DNA from: Sphaerodactylus townsendi
Taxonomy: Eukaryota
Reading direction: 5' to 3'
Assembly: GCF_021028975.2 (NCBI RefSeq)
Contig: NC_059427.1
Location: 99,696,001-99,760,000 of the forward strand
DNA: 64,000 nt
Shown here in pieces: positions 41,201-53,397 of this stretch; positions within the stretch are counted from its first letter, which is position 1; the number at the start of each line of letters is the position of its first letter. The notes under the pieces are model-generated. The model had not been told where the DNA came from. It worked only from the letters and a program-made list of their open reading frames with translations, and did not search any database. A program made the position numbers and the translations under genes.

Positions 41201-42630
41201 CTGGTCTCTCTCCCTTTCCTCACGGGAACTCGGAAGGCCAGGGGCTGCGGCGAGTAACCCTACCAGCGGGAGGAAGGTGACTCCCAGTTGCGTCTGGAGA
41301 ATGGTGTTTTGGCCGGCGGGGGGATTGTTGAGTACGTGCCTCCCCCCCCTCAGTAAGCAGGTTCTCGGAAGGCCTGTCATGATGCCCGCTCAGCTGGACA
41401 TTTTGGCTTCCTAAAAACTCTGCATTTGGCCCGCCATCAATTTTGGTGGCTTACCCCGATCTTTTCTGAGACATTGAAGGCGTATATTAAAAGGTTGCTC
41501 TGTTTGTCGCGGGAAGCCAAGAACATTCGGGGAAAACCCATGGTCTGTTGAAACCTCTCCCGGTGGCCTCCGCCCTGGAAGTCATCTCCATGGATTTTAT
41601 TACGGTTGCCAGAAAGTCAGGGGCAACCACGGTCTTGTGGGTGGTGGTGGACTTATTTTCTAAATAAGCCCATTTTATCCCATGTGCTTCCATCCCTCCA
41701 TCTCTAGGATTAGTAGCGTCTGTTCATTCCAGCATATTTATTCGTCTACACTCCGCCCCCGTTAAGGTGGTCTCCGACCGCGGGCCCCAATTCATTTCAA
41801 AATTCTGGAAGGCTTTTCTAGGATTGTTGGGGGCATGCCCGGCGGTTAAGCCCTACCACGTTCAAAGTGACGGTGAGTCAGAGAGCAGACAGAACCCTGG
41901 AGCAGTATTGTTCACGTTGTTACACCAACCTACCACCAAGACGAGGAGAATTTGGTGCCGGAAGGCTAATTCCGTTTGCAGAATCGCCTATAATAATGCG
42001 GTTCATAGCAGTACAAAAAAAGACCCCGCCGAAATTGTTGTCTAGTCGGTCCTTCCCTCTGTTGCCACCAACTTCCTCTTGCGGAAGCATTGGATCCTCC
42101 GGGTTTCAGCAGTGGATTTCATCTCTGGCGAGGGTGGGAAAATGGATCCCGAACTGCCTTACAACCAGAGCTAAAGACTCCCAAAAACTTCAAAGCGGAT
42201 TAAGCACAGCTCGGGATTTCCCTTTCGCGTGTGAAACGCCTGGGTGTGTTTGTCTACCAAAAATCTCAGAAGGCGTTACATAAATTTTCAAAAAAAAAAA
42301 AACTAGGCAAAAGATTCATTGGGACCTTTTTTCAGATTACCTAAAGTGATTAATGATGTCACTGCCCGATTGGACTTGCCTAATTCCTCTAAGTAATATC
42401 CATCCATCTTCCATTTCGGATTTACTCAAGGGAGGCTCCGTTTCCGATGCCTGTACGACCAGCGGAGAGACCCCCACCGACTATTATTGATGGCACACAA
42501 GCATTCACGAAGTGTACATGCCATCCTGGACTCTGCGCTTTGTCATAGCGGCTTGCAATATTTAGTCTCTTAGGTGGGGTATTCCTCTAGGTATAATCAA
42601 TGGGTTTATTCCGAAAATATTGGCCCACGC
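38250..42630 (+). pseudogene. gag-pol polyprotein (gag, protease, RT, RNase H, integrase, chromodomain), broken by many frameshifts
   Basis: Motifs occur in Gypsy order PR-RT-RH-IN-CHD but scattered across all three plus frames, e.g. ORF-track VSDRGPQFISKFWKAFL, VLKRLLNNSLFAKLSKCCF, GYSSRYNQWVYSENI. Confidence 0.9.
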
Positions 42631-42683
42631 CCTCATTTCTGCTTTCCATGCACCTTTCGCACAAACCTGGGGGAAAGTCTTTT

Positions 42684-42696
42684 AAGGGAGGCAGAG
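42684..42696 (+). promoter_or_regulatory. Polypurine tract AAGGGAGGCAGAG
   Basis: Purine run directly abutting the 3' LTR. Confidence 0.85.
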
Positions 42697-42998
42697 TGTA
42701 AAGGATTCAATAGTGTTGATGGCCGGGTCAGCCTTACAGCCTGGCCCAACTACATTCCACAGCGAGGCGATGGGCCAACTATAAGGCGGAGACCTTATCT
42801 CTCTTGCGAGGAGATAGTGAGACCTCCGTTCCCATAGGAATCCGGGAGGGGGATGGGATGGACAGAGTTATAACCTGTGCTTCTGGCGGGAGATATTATT
42901 CCTGCCACGGCGTGTACGTGAGCTTTCTAGGATGTCTGAATAAACGGTCTTTTACACCCAAAAAGCCTTTTATTTCTGCTTCTATGGAATTCCTTACA
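42697..42998 (+). repeat. 3' LTR (302 bp)
   Basis: TG...CA ends; TATAA at 42869-42873; AATAAA ~42939; preceded by the PPT. Confidence 0.95.
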
Positions 42999-45475
42999 TT
43001 CTCCCTATTCCAGCCCATCCCCACCTGTGCAGTTGTTTCTTCATATGAGCCCTGCAGTTCTGGGGCTGATCCCTCCAGAGGTTGAAATGAGACATAGTAA
43101 TGGAGAGGAAAGCTGGAGAACTATATGTTTGGTGCAGGGAATGGTAGGATAGGATATTGCCCAGTGTGTTTTCTGCAACATAAAATGTCCAGCTAAATCT
43201 AATAGTCCCAACAAGATGGCTTACTGTTTTCATACAAATAATCTTTGAATATGCTCAGAATGTTATTCGGTAGCCATCAACATCAGCCAGCTTAAATCAG
43301 CAAAATGAATTATAGAGCTTGTCATTTATTTATATATATATATTCATTTACATATGCATTTTGCAAGAATCCATGCAGACACACTGTTTGGAGATGGTCA
43401 TGCTCTGGTGATTTTATGTAAGAAAGCACTGCCAGTGTCCTTGGTGAACATCTTTTTCACCACCATGATGAAAGATTGTTCCGTTATCTGGCTTGTTTCA
43501 TGTATCCAGCAGAACTTATGAACTGCAGACTGTTCCATTTGCATGAAAAGCCCCCAAGTTCTCTGTAAGAATTTTCTGGCACAACTCGTGGCTCAAAAGG
43601 AATAATTAGTTCACGTAATTTATTGAACATATTGAGGGGGGTTGTTGCCATGAAAATCAGCAAAGTTGTTACAGACTGAAATGGCCAAGTGGGCATATGG
43701 TGTTCCATGCTTTGTAAATTTATCTATGAGATTCATTATTACTGTGACCATAAGTGTGCTGTGAACCCATTCCTTGTATTTATCTTCATCCAACAAAATT
43801 GGGTTGAAGAGATCGGATTCAGACATTTTGTTCTTTCAAAGACTTGTTTCAGGCAAAATATATCCCAGCATTACATTGGTTCCTGTTTCTAAAACATACT
43901 GGTTAATCCATGCAACATATTTGTCTACAGGGTATATAGACAGGTTTCCTACATAGGGTATCACACATAGGATATGAGAGATTTAAGCATGGGAGTCACA
44001 GACACTTGTTTAATGCTAATTAAATTAGATTTGACAAAAGGAGATTCTTGAACAGATCTTCTCAACATTTTTAAGTGGAAAGAGTGGCCGTGTGGGGCCC
44101 CATTTGGATCATGATTGCAAAATGTGGGGAGAGGGCCTTAATTCCTCCCACATCATATGCTTTCACAAATAACCTAAACTTTTGCTAACAAATTGGGGGC
44201 CTGTGTTGGTCCTGTTTCCATTTTAAAATGTTGGTAAGATCTGATGAGGGATGTTGTAGCATGTTGTAGCATCTCATATGGTTGGGCCCCAGCCATCCAT
44301 TACATTCAAGATAACCAGGAACACAGTTCTTCACCTCTGTTTCATTCATATGTCATTCAAAATGTCTTTGAATAGTTTAAAAAGTATTCTTTGGTGCTAG
44401 AGGCTCCACAGAAAAAGAGAAGACGTTCTAGTAAACTTATGGAAGCTGTAGCTTCTTGTTGCAACTCCAAATTCTCTTAGTCATTCAGAATAAACAAAGA
44501 ACTACTCATGAATACCAGGAAGGCCGCCACTAGTCATCTTTAGCAGTACTCTAACAATACTCTACCATTTCTCAGCTTTTTAATTAATCTTTCCAGTCCT
44601 GGCCCCAAGCCACCAAAAAAGAGAAAAAAAAAACAAGGATTAGGCAATCACTGCACAAATTAGCTATTTCTCTTCTGCTCTCTCTCTCCTGCCTCCCTCT
44701 TAGTAAAGGTTACTGAACCCATGTTTAGCAGTGGGAACAAATTAAACTCCATATCTAGGTACTTCTTTAGCAGGGCCAAATCTATAGGGAGCAAAGGCGG
44801 GGTGGGTAGGTACGTGATCCAGGTGGCACTCAGCTGGGGGCAGCTTGTGCGCATGTGGAGAAAAGGCTTGGCCCCAATCCATGCAGGGGCTGCGTAGCCT
44901 CTTCTCCCTTCTCGCTGGCTCTGGTGCAGGAGAAGCCACCTATGGCATCCTCTTTCCCTGGATTTGGTTTTGCTACCCCCTGCTTCTCCTTGGGCACGTT
45001 GGCACCAAGGCTGCAGTGAGGCTTGGGTGATAAAGACTAGTCACCTGGTGGCACCTGTTGCTTATGGTGTGAGTCACCCTTCTGCTGGGCGGTGGCAGCT
45101 TTGGTGAGTAGGTGAGTGGGGGAATGGGCAGCTCTGGCATGCCAAGGAGAAGGACAACTTGGATGCATCTATGCTGGGTTCTCCAGCCAAAACTTCTTGG
45201 CTTGTCCCAGGGCTTTGAGGGTGGCAGTCCCATCTCTTCCCTGTGACTGCAGAACTCAGCTGATGGTCCAGACTAGCCCATCCACCTGGTGTCTTTCCAC
45301 TATCTTCCTCTGCCTGCTTTCCAGGCTGAGTTTATGCACTAACATCTACCTCTTTCCTGCTGTCCAAGGCTAGAGGCCATCTCGAAGTTCCACAGGACTG
45401 CTTTGAGAGGGGCAGGGCAGCACTTGGGGTGGGGCAAGACACTTTTGGGCCTCCTGTACCTCTTTCCAGCATAGA

Positions 45476-45663
45476 TAGGGTTGCCAGCACCAGGTTGGGA
45501 AATACTTGGAGATTTTGGAGATGGAGCTGAGGTTTGACCTATTATGCCATAGAAGCCATTTTCCAAACCGGCCATGTTCTCCAGGGGCACTGATCTCTGT
45601 CACCTGATGATCAGTTGAAATCCCAGGAGATTTTCAGTAACACTCTGGAGGTTGGCAACCATA
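45476..45663. mobile_element. Non-autonomous element with TAGGGTTGCCA-type termini (hAT Blackjack-like). Further copies at ~2150-2330, 25620-25710, 28600-28975, 50587-50802, 50857-51064, 58988-59146 and 62400-62540
   Basis: Termini tagggttgcca...tggcaacc(c/a)ta and a shared core (ccattttctccaggggaactgatctc...). Confidence 0.65.
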
Positions 45664-46475
45664 TTCCCAGAGCAGGCAAACTCTTGGCTCAGAGAAAGCT
45701 ATAGTCCAGAGCAGGCCCAGGTGTGGATGGAGACGAGATTGCACTCCTCCCCCAAAGCCCCCTTGCCCACTGTAGCTGGGTTACAGTTCAGGGACTGAGT
45801 GACACTTTCCCAGGCATTTGAAATTGGTCCAGCTCAGTTTTCTGCTGCCCCTTTTGTGCAGTTCCTCCTCTGCCCCACCTTCATTGGGTGAGGCAGCTCA
45901 GAGTGGGGCACAAAGGGGCCTCATGGGTCTTCAGGCCTCTTTTCTGTCTTTAGCTTTGATGCTTTGGGTGACTTTCTTATTATTCAGCTTAATGACAGCC
46001 TGGAGAGATCACAAGCCCTTGGGGAACAAGACCATGACAGAAATAGAGAGGGCTTTCTGAAAATGGAAAGACTGCAATAGTCTGTGGTCACTAAAGAAAA
46101 TATGTACATGATATATCAGGGAGGGTGTGTGTCATTTTGTCCTCTCCCCCTTCAAAAATATAGATCCAGCCCTGTTCTTTAGCACCACTTCCATCTATTT
46201 TAAGAACTCATTCGTGATTGCTGCATTCTTTCCTGCGGCTTTCTGGAAAAGACGTTAGACTGTTTCTACTACTTAAGATATATCAAAATCTTTTTTGAGG
46301 TGTGATTCATGAGTGGGAGTTAACTTTGGCTAGGAGCCAGTAACAGCTGAATGGGCATAACCTACTGATCTGTGATGACGTGCTTTCAGTGAGTTGTGCT
46401 GGCATGAATTTCCTCTTGCAACATACACTACTCAGCCTTTTCTTGGATACAAGTCAATGTTGTAAACGAACTCAC

Positions 46476-46583
46476 CTCCTTGTTTATATAGCCATCTTTA
46501 TTTATGTCATATAGATTAAATGTCCATTGTAGCTTTTCGTGAACTGTTCCTCTCAACAGAATGGAGAGTGCCATCACAAAATC
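46476..46583 (-). CDS. KCNIP1: KCNIP1 coding exon, 108 nt: [36 protein letters not shown] (EF-hand 3)
   Basis: ctcctttcaacag|GATTTT...AAGGAG|gtgagt. Contains the canonical EF-hand loop [12 protein letters not shown]. Confidence 0.97.
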
Positions 46584-47201
46584 CTGTTGAAAGGAGAATA
46601 CAAATATGTTTTAATTGAGAACGAAAGCTTTTCCTGAGCCTTTCTGACACAGAATGTTTGACATCTGTGTGCAAAGAAGTCCTGTTCAAATATTCACTTC
46701 TCTACTTTCTCACATACAATAATGCTCAATTATATCACTGGCAAAGTCCTTTCATGGATTCTAAGACCTTCTCAACATGGCTTGATGATTATGCCTAACA
46801 GGTAATCCTAAATGTAGGAGTCAAGAGATGTTCACTAATATACCTGTTCAAAATCAAGGCCATTTGGCTTCGTGCAAGATGGCTACAGAGCATCCCATTT
46901 TGACCCAGACATTTTTGTTCATTCTATTAATGATTTGGGATGGTTATTAAGTCAGCTGTAATAACAAGGTGCAACTGCCCCATTGTACCATTTATCCTTC
47001 ATTGGACATTGTTAAAAATATTAGTTACCTCCAAAAGTTGTGACTGTCCTCACTGGGCAAGATAGATGTGGAATGTAAGAAGTACAGAAGACTCACATTT
47101 CATGTACAAAATCTTTTTATGATTTCCACTAAATGCATGTTGGCTCAGAAGTTTTAATGTAATAATATTGTAATATTGTAATGGCCTATGGCTTTCAATA
47201 A

Positions 47202-47227
47202 AATTGATTGATTGATTGATTGATTGA
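47202..47227. repeat. (ATTG)n microsatellite
   Basis: Direct inspection. Confidence 0.9.
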
Positions 47228-47424
47228 CTAAATGCATGTGGATCAAAGGGTCATTGAGAATAGAAAAACATTATCTTATATTGCATCAATTTTTGAGAAT
47301 TAAATTAACTGGACATTGCCAGGCCTAAAACAATGTTCTTGAAAGAAAAATTACAAGCAGAAGATTCAGTATTTGAAAGGTGATATGTAATAAGATGATT
47401 ACAACAAACTTAAAAGCCCTTTAC

Positions 47425-47495
47425 CTCAAACTTCACAGATCCATTCTGTGCTGTGTCAAAAGCGTTAAAGAGATAATGAGCATACATACTAGCAT
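47425..47495 (-). CDS. KCNIP1: KCNIP1 coding exon, 71 nt: (D)ASMYAHYLFNAFDTAQNGSVKFE (EF-hand 2)
   Basis: tttttgtttttcag|ATGCTAGT...TTTGAG|gtaaag. The phase-1 junction with the previous exon recreates GAT (Asp). Confidence 0.96.
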
Positions 47496-48466
47496 CTGAA
47501 AAACAAAAAGTCAGTGAAAAGATGAAATAAAATACCTGAAGTCCATAAATGGTTGAATCCAATGTTCTTCAAATTTGCTTTATGATTTCAGTGGACTAAT
47601 CCAACTCTCCCACTCAATCTCTTACTCTTAGTTTTTCCATGATTGTTAGTTACTGATTACAAAGCATGAATGCACACAAACGCACACACAAACTGGTTTT
47701 ATGACAATGTTTTCCTTATGTGATCCCTGTCACCTAAGATCATGCACTGAACATAATGCTGTTTCAATTCTGTACCTAGAGGCAAAGTTGGCAGTTTCCC
47801 AAAGTCACTAATGCTGTCATCTAAGCAGAGTTACACCCTCCGTTGTACTGTGGGTCTCAGATGAAAATCATTTAGCATGAGGACAGTGCTCAGATGGGTA
47901 CCCCAAACAACCAAGGACTGCAACATGAGCACATTGGTAGCCTTGCCATAGAACCCTCCCAAATCTCCAAAACAGCGGAGTCTCTTTCCATTCTGATTAA
48001 ACATGCCTCAAAGCTGCACCTGCTCTCAACTACACTTCAAGCATACACACAGGACAGTCAAATCTCCAATACTTGCAATCATTCTGATATTGCTTGTTGA
48101 AACAAATGATTAAAGATATACACTACTGCCAATTGTACCATGGGAAAAATTCAGAAAATCACTTAAGTCCATAGAATTGATTTGGATTTAATGAATCATA
48201 TTTTAATGTCGGAGGTAGACTGGAGGGGCCTGTCAGCCCTACATTTCCCACAATTCCACAGAGAGATCCCTTTCCTTGAGCAATTGCACATCATTCCACA
48301 GTAAAAGTCTTCAGAGGAATTCCACAGAACAATAACTGCCAATGGCATTTTAAGCCCCAACACCTTTTAGTAAGTGTATGCTGCACAGAAACTACTTACA
48401 ATTCTTTCTGATTCATGACCTCTGAAGTTTGAGCTATGCTTCATAGATGAAATGTTCTCCACTTAC

Positions 48467-48536
48467 CCCCATGTGGAAAAAACTGTGCATAGATCTGTTT
48501 GAATGTCTCTTCATTAACAGCTCCACTGGGACATTC
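48467..48536 (-). CDS. KCNIP1: KCNIP1 (Kv channel-interacting protein 1) coding exon, 70 nt: [23 protein letters not shown] (EF-hand 1 region)
   Basis: Minus strand ttttccaatag|GAATGTCCC...CATGGGG|gtaagt. The CPxG motif is typical of neuronal calcium sensors; size and phase fit the KChIP exon structure. Confidence 0.96.
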
Positions 48537-49971
48537 CTATTGGAAAAGCAAGAATAAAAAACAGTCAAGATTTCATTGGCAATACAGCCTGTTCCCAAAG
48601 ACAGTGTTCACATCACGGTGCTTTGGAACACTTAGTGCACTCTAAACAGGCTGCATATTAGAACCCGCGGAAATTTCTTCCAGTGGTTTCAGTCAGTTCC
48701 TTCCCCATCAGTTTGTAATTACTTTTGCAATTACCATGTGACACAAATCAAGTGGAGGTGTTCAGTTCAATCTGTAGCCCATGCTTGTCAGAGAAGTTGC
48801 AAAAATCTAAGTGACCCCACCAAGCTTTGGCCTACACAACCCTTCCCAGTTAGATCCTTCCTGACTACTTAGTTCTATTTCAGTCCACCACTGCAACAAT
48901 TAAGGTATGTCAGTAAATAATGGTTTCAATGCACACTATGCTATATTTCATTTTATCTGTGAACAGAACCTCTGTGTTAACAGTCAGTATGCCTTTGTTA
49001 AAAAGTTACTTGTCGTAAGATGGTCATCACCTTTAGGCCTCCCCTGTAAGTTTCCAGAGGCATTGGCTGATTGTTGTTGGAAGCAGAATCTGGAAGTAGA
49101 TGGATTCTAGTCTAATCCAGGAAAGCAACTCTTGTATTATACCCACACAGCTATTATCTAGATCTTTACATGAAGAGTATGGGAGTATGCCATGCGGCTT
49201 TGCCTCCAAGGTTGTATTACACCCACAGTCAGGTTGTCTCTCCACTGTCCTCAAGTAGTCAAGAGAAATAGAGCAGAATTTGCAAGTGAAACCAGCTACT
49301 TTCCTTTCTTTCCGTTATTCCTTTTCAGCGTTGCTACCTTTAGGAAAATGAACTCTCACACCAAGCACTCAGCACAAAAAAACTCTCCACTTGTTTAGGG
49401 CCAAAATGTTTCACCTTTGGAAGTGCAAAAATCTACGGAACAGATTCAAAAGCAGTATTTTCTCTTCCAGGTATTTAAACAGATTTAGAGCAAAAGCTGT
49501 TTAGACCAAGAAAAGAATAAGAACAATGAATGAGAATTCAAACAATCCCTCACTTGCTGATGTCACCTGCCAACAATAACAATAGTAAAAATTGAAGGAC
49601 AGAAAGAAGCTTGTGACGAAGAAGACAATGAGTGCAATTCAGTCAAGCTAAGCACTTAAGTCCTATTGATTTCCCAGGGAGAGTTAGGCATACTTAAACC
49701 AGAGAACAAATCAACAAACATACTTCAGAAAGGATTCTAACAAGAATGTTTTTTAATGGGAAATATTGCAATCTGAATCAGGTAATTTTGTCCAACCATT
49801 ATTTGAAAAGAATGGAATTCAGAAGAGTATTTTTTTCTTAGATGCAGAAAAAAAAGGAATCTGGTTATTCACGAACCAAGGAGAATTTACTGGATAGGAT
49901 CTATTTAGACTGTCACAGATTTAGCCCTCCTACTGAGAAATTAAAGGAAGCTTTCAGGGATCTCCCACTTT

Positions 49972-50130
49972 CATCTTGTCCTCACAACAACCCAGTGAGG
50001 CAGGTTGGGCTAAAAAGATAGTGACTGGCGCAAGGTCATCCAATAAGGTTCATGGGTGAATGGGGATCTGAACCTTGGTGTCTCAAGCCTTAGACTTGCA
50101 CTCTGACCACCATACCACAGTGACTCTCTT
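49972..50130 (-). mobile_element. Older tRNA/CORE-like SINE fragment; a related fragment at ~11380-11500
   Basis: cctcacaacaaccc.gtgagg...caaggtca...tgaacc...ctctgaccaccatacca. Confidence 0.6.
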
Positions 50131-50239
50131 CTGTATTAACTGTTGCAGAAGCTGGTGTCTCTGACCAACTCAGTCACTCTGACATGGACTCCGCAGGTGA
50201 GGAGCCCAAGGCGCTTAGGAGGGCCAGAGGGACCAGAGA

Positions 50240-50480
50240 GAAGAAGAAGAGTTTGGATTTAAACCCTGTTTTTCTCAACTAGAAGGCATCTCACAGTGGC
50301 TTGCAAACTCCTTCCCTTCCTTTTCCCAAAAGAGACACTTTGTGAGGCTGGTGGGATTGAGAGAGTTCTGAGAGAACTGTGACAAGCCCAAGGTCACCCA
50401 GCAGGCTTCATGTATGGGAACAGGAAAATGAATCCAGTTCACCAGATAAGAGTCCACTGCTCTTAACTACTACATCACTA
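50240..50480 (-). mobile_element. tRNA-derived squamate SINE, reverse copy
   Basis: Reverse complement of 24296-24570 with (GAA)n tail. Confidence 0.7.
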
Positions 50481-53397
50481 CACCAGAGTGTAACTACTAC
50501 ATCATTATTTAAGAGTCCACTCCTCTTATATACTACACCCTTCATCATGATACCACACCGGTTCCTTGCAGGATCCTGACTGGAGATAAGGTTGCCAGGA
50601 CCTCTGGCCACCAGCAGGTTTGGGAGTAGAGTTGCCAGATCCAGATTGGGAAACTCTTGTAATTTGGAGATAGAACCCGTGAAGGCAGTGAAGTACACCC
50701 TCTAAAACATCCATTTTCTCCAATTAAATTGATCCTAGTAGTCTGGAGATGAGGTGGAATTCAAGGGGATCTCCAGGTACCACTTGGAGACTGACATCCC
50801 TAGCCAGAGCACAGCATAGCCTCAAGAACTCCAGCAGTGCCTGTCTGCAGTGCAGCTAGGGCTGCCAGCCTCCAGGTGGAGCCTGGAGATCCTCCAGAAT
50901 TACAACTGATCTCCAGACAACAGGAAATCTGTTCCCCTGAAGAAAATGGCTCCTTAGGGAGGTAGACTGTAAGGCATAATACCCTTCTGCAATCCCTCCC
51001 CTTTCCAGGTTTTTATTTCCACTTCCCAGGTTCCACTCCCAAATCTCCAGAGCTGACAATTCTAATAACAGTTTGCGTTATGCCTCTGATCCCTCACAAA
51101 GAAGTGTGTACCACAAGGCTTCCAGTAATGTAGCAACATTTTCTTTTATGCAGCCATTTTGAACATAACCTTACAGAGTGACCAAGCACTCTATCACCCC
51201 TACTAATCTACTGACATACTGCACTTCTATTATACTCTGTATATTACACAGCTGGGTCCAATTACCTTGCAGCCTATTTAGGCTGAAGCCTGGGAGGACA
51301 GCCAAGCTGAAACAACCAGTTCACAAGGTCACAACCCTTGAGCACTAGATCAAGTTCAAACCTTTGCCTGCTCCTGCACTCCAGACCCTGTCAAGATATT
51401 ATCTGCAGGGCAAGTCCTTGCTCTCAAGGAGACTAGCAGATCAAGAAGCCTGAGGTCATAACAGCTGACTTTCCTGTGTCAGTGTCTGTTTTAGATTACA
51501 TTAAAAAAACTAAAATTCTCCTGGAGTTGTGTGTGTTTCTTCCCCATTTCTGACACTTTACTAAGATCTTTGGCAAGGTTTTACTTCAAATCTTCTGGAA
51601 TACCACAGAAATGAGATAGGGCCATTGATCATCCAGTTTCAACTTCCAGTGCCTGACTTACTCTTAGAGGCATCTGCTAGTTCCAATTCATTTGCACCAA
51701 AATGATCACAGTTTTGTATCATAAGAGCCAAGGGTGCTCAAGAGACCTCATTAGTTGCAAAGATTAGCTTAATACAGCTAACCTACAAGGCTTATTCTCA
51801 TAAAGGCAAGCGGGTATACCCCTTATTTTAATTTCAAGCAGAGCTATGACAACTTAAAACTAGTTTATCAAGAACATAGATGAATATTCTGCTGGTTAAT
51901 GATGTGCAATACATCTGTATAAATTGCCAGAAATCCATGCACACTGAAGATAATTAGGGTGTCCCAGTACTCCCTATACTCCATTATTTAAGTGTTCACA
52001 AAGCCAGGATATGAAAATTGATGCAGAGAAAATGACACCTTTATTTTGCTTCCTTCTCTTCCTTCCCAATAGACCTCTCCACCCAGCACTCATACTTTCC
52101 TTCACAAGCTGAATCAAGTCTCTCTTGCTGATTATTCCCTCCATGGGATAGTGAACGGCATACAAATATTATCTGAAAACCCATGCACTCTACATAGTAC
52201 CTCCAAAATGTATACAATGCCAGGAACCTGGGAAAAAGTAACTGTGAACAAATTTGCATATAAACAGCTCCACAAGCTAAAAGATTTGCATTTTATTGTG
52301 TTGTATACAAAACAAGCTATATGCCATTTTTTCTGTACACAGCAAATAGCACATTATAGATCGCGGAGCTCATTTTTTCTTCTTGACATAAGGCATGTCC
52401 TAATACAGTGTTTAATTAACTAGCAAGAACAGTGGGATAAAACAATGCAGGTGCTATTTTCTGAGGGAGGAACAAGCCCCAAAAGTAATTAGAGGGGGCA
52501 GAAGTCACGGTGGATCCCATCTCCCCACTTGTTCTCTCCCTCTGTGTGCTCTCACCTCACAATTGGGTTACTATTAAACCAACGGTTTGATTCAGTCTTC
52601 AAACAGCTGATGGGGCTAGGACATGACTGGACCCAGACCCTACCATCTGTTTGTGTAGGAGACCTCCCATTGATGTCAAATAGCTGGTGAGATCAGGATG
52701 TACATAGACATAAAAGCCTGTTGGTTACACCCTGGTTCCATGAGTGCCACAGGAGTATCTCGAGCCCATCAGCTGTTTAGGGATGAAGAAGAAACAGAGT
52801 AGTCATCCATTCTCACAGGGACTTAAGACAGATCAGCAAAATGGTGAAATGTACTGTCATGAGTGATAACTCTGTACCGCTGGAACTCCAAAAGAGAGGT
52901 TCCATACCACCATCTCCTGTCATTCAACAGCAACCTTTTGCATATGATTGATGAAAAATTATTTAAGTCACTTAAATATGCTTTTTCTGTATGCACAGCT
53001 TACCATAGATTTTCCCAGCGGTCAAAAGTGGGTCTTGGAAACCTTTTCTGTGAAATCACCCTGCACACCTCCTTTCCCCCTGTCATTTTGGGAATTCCTC
53101 CCCTTGTGTCTTCAGATGTATTTATTCTACATTCTACTGCTGAAAAAAATATTATTCCTGATGGAGGTGGGATGTCACCTGTGATACAGGACAACCCCCC
53201 TATTTTTCTTTTGCACTTGTTCCCCGTTCTAACATTGCATCAGTAGTTCAATAGGAAACTGACAAAGTTGATCCAATCATCCATGCTAATTTGTATCTCT
53301 GCCTCAACATTACCTTACTAGTTCAATATGACAAACATAATTTTAATAATCTTTTTGAACATGGAGAAGGAGGAGAAAATGACAAGGGGAGGTTGAG

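Larger units (their letters stand above)
36585..42998 (+). mobile_element. Full-length Ty3/Gypsy chromoviral LTR retrotransposon (Tf1/sushi-like), frameshifted as assembled, antisense in a KCNIP1 intron
   Basis: Two LTRs TGTAAAGG...CCTTACA and a 5-bp TSD TTCTC (36580-36584, 42999-43003). Motifs in order: gag FDG ~38279, Zn-knuckle-like CLY..GHLAANC 38920-38962, protease DSG 39232, RT YLDD 40236-40247, RNase H VDAS ~40714 and NKLADALS ~41045, integrase HD..AGHFG ~41378, SMDFIT ~41587, VSDRGPQF ~41770, chromodomain ~42500-42625. Confidence 0.96.

Noticed and set aside
43390-43980. Stop-poor minus-strand frame (...SDLFNPILLDEDKYKEW...QRTWGLFMQ...) as an endogenous viral element or pseudogene
   Set aside because: No recognisable motif; needs stops and frameshifts; such runs are expected by chance in 64 kb.
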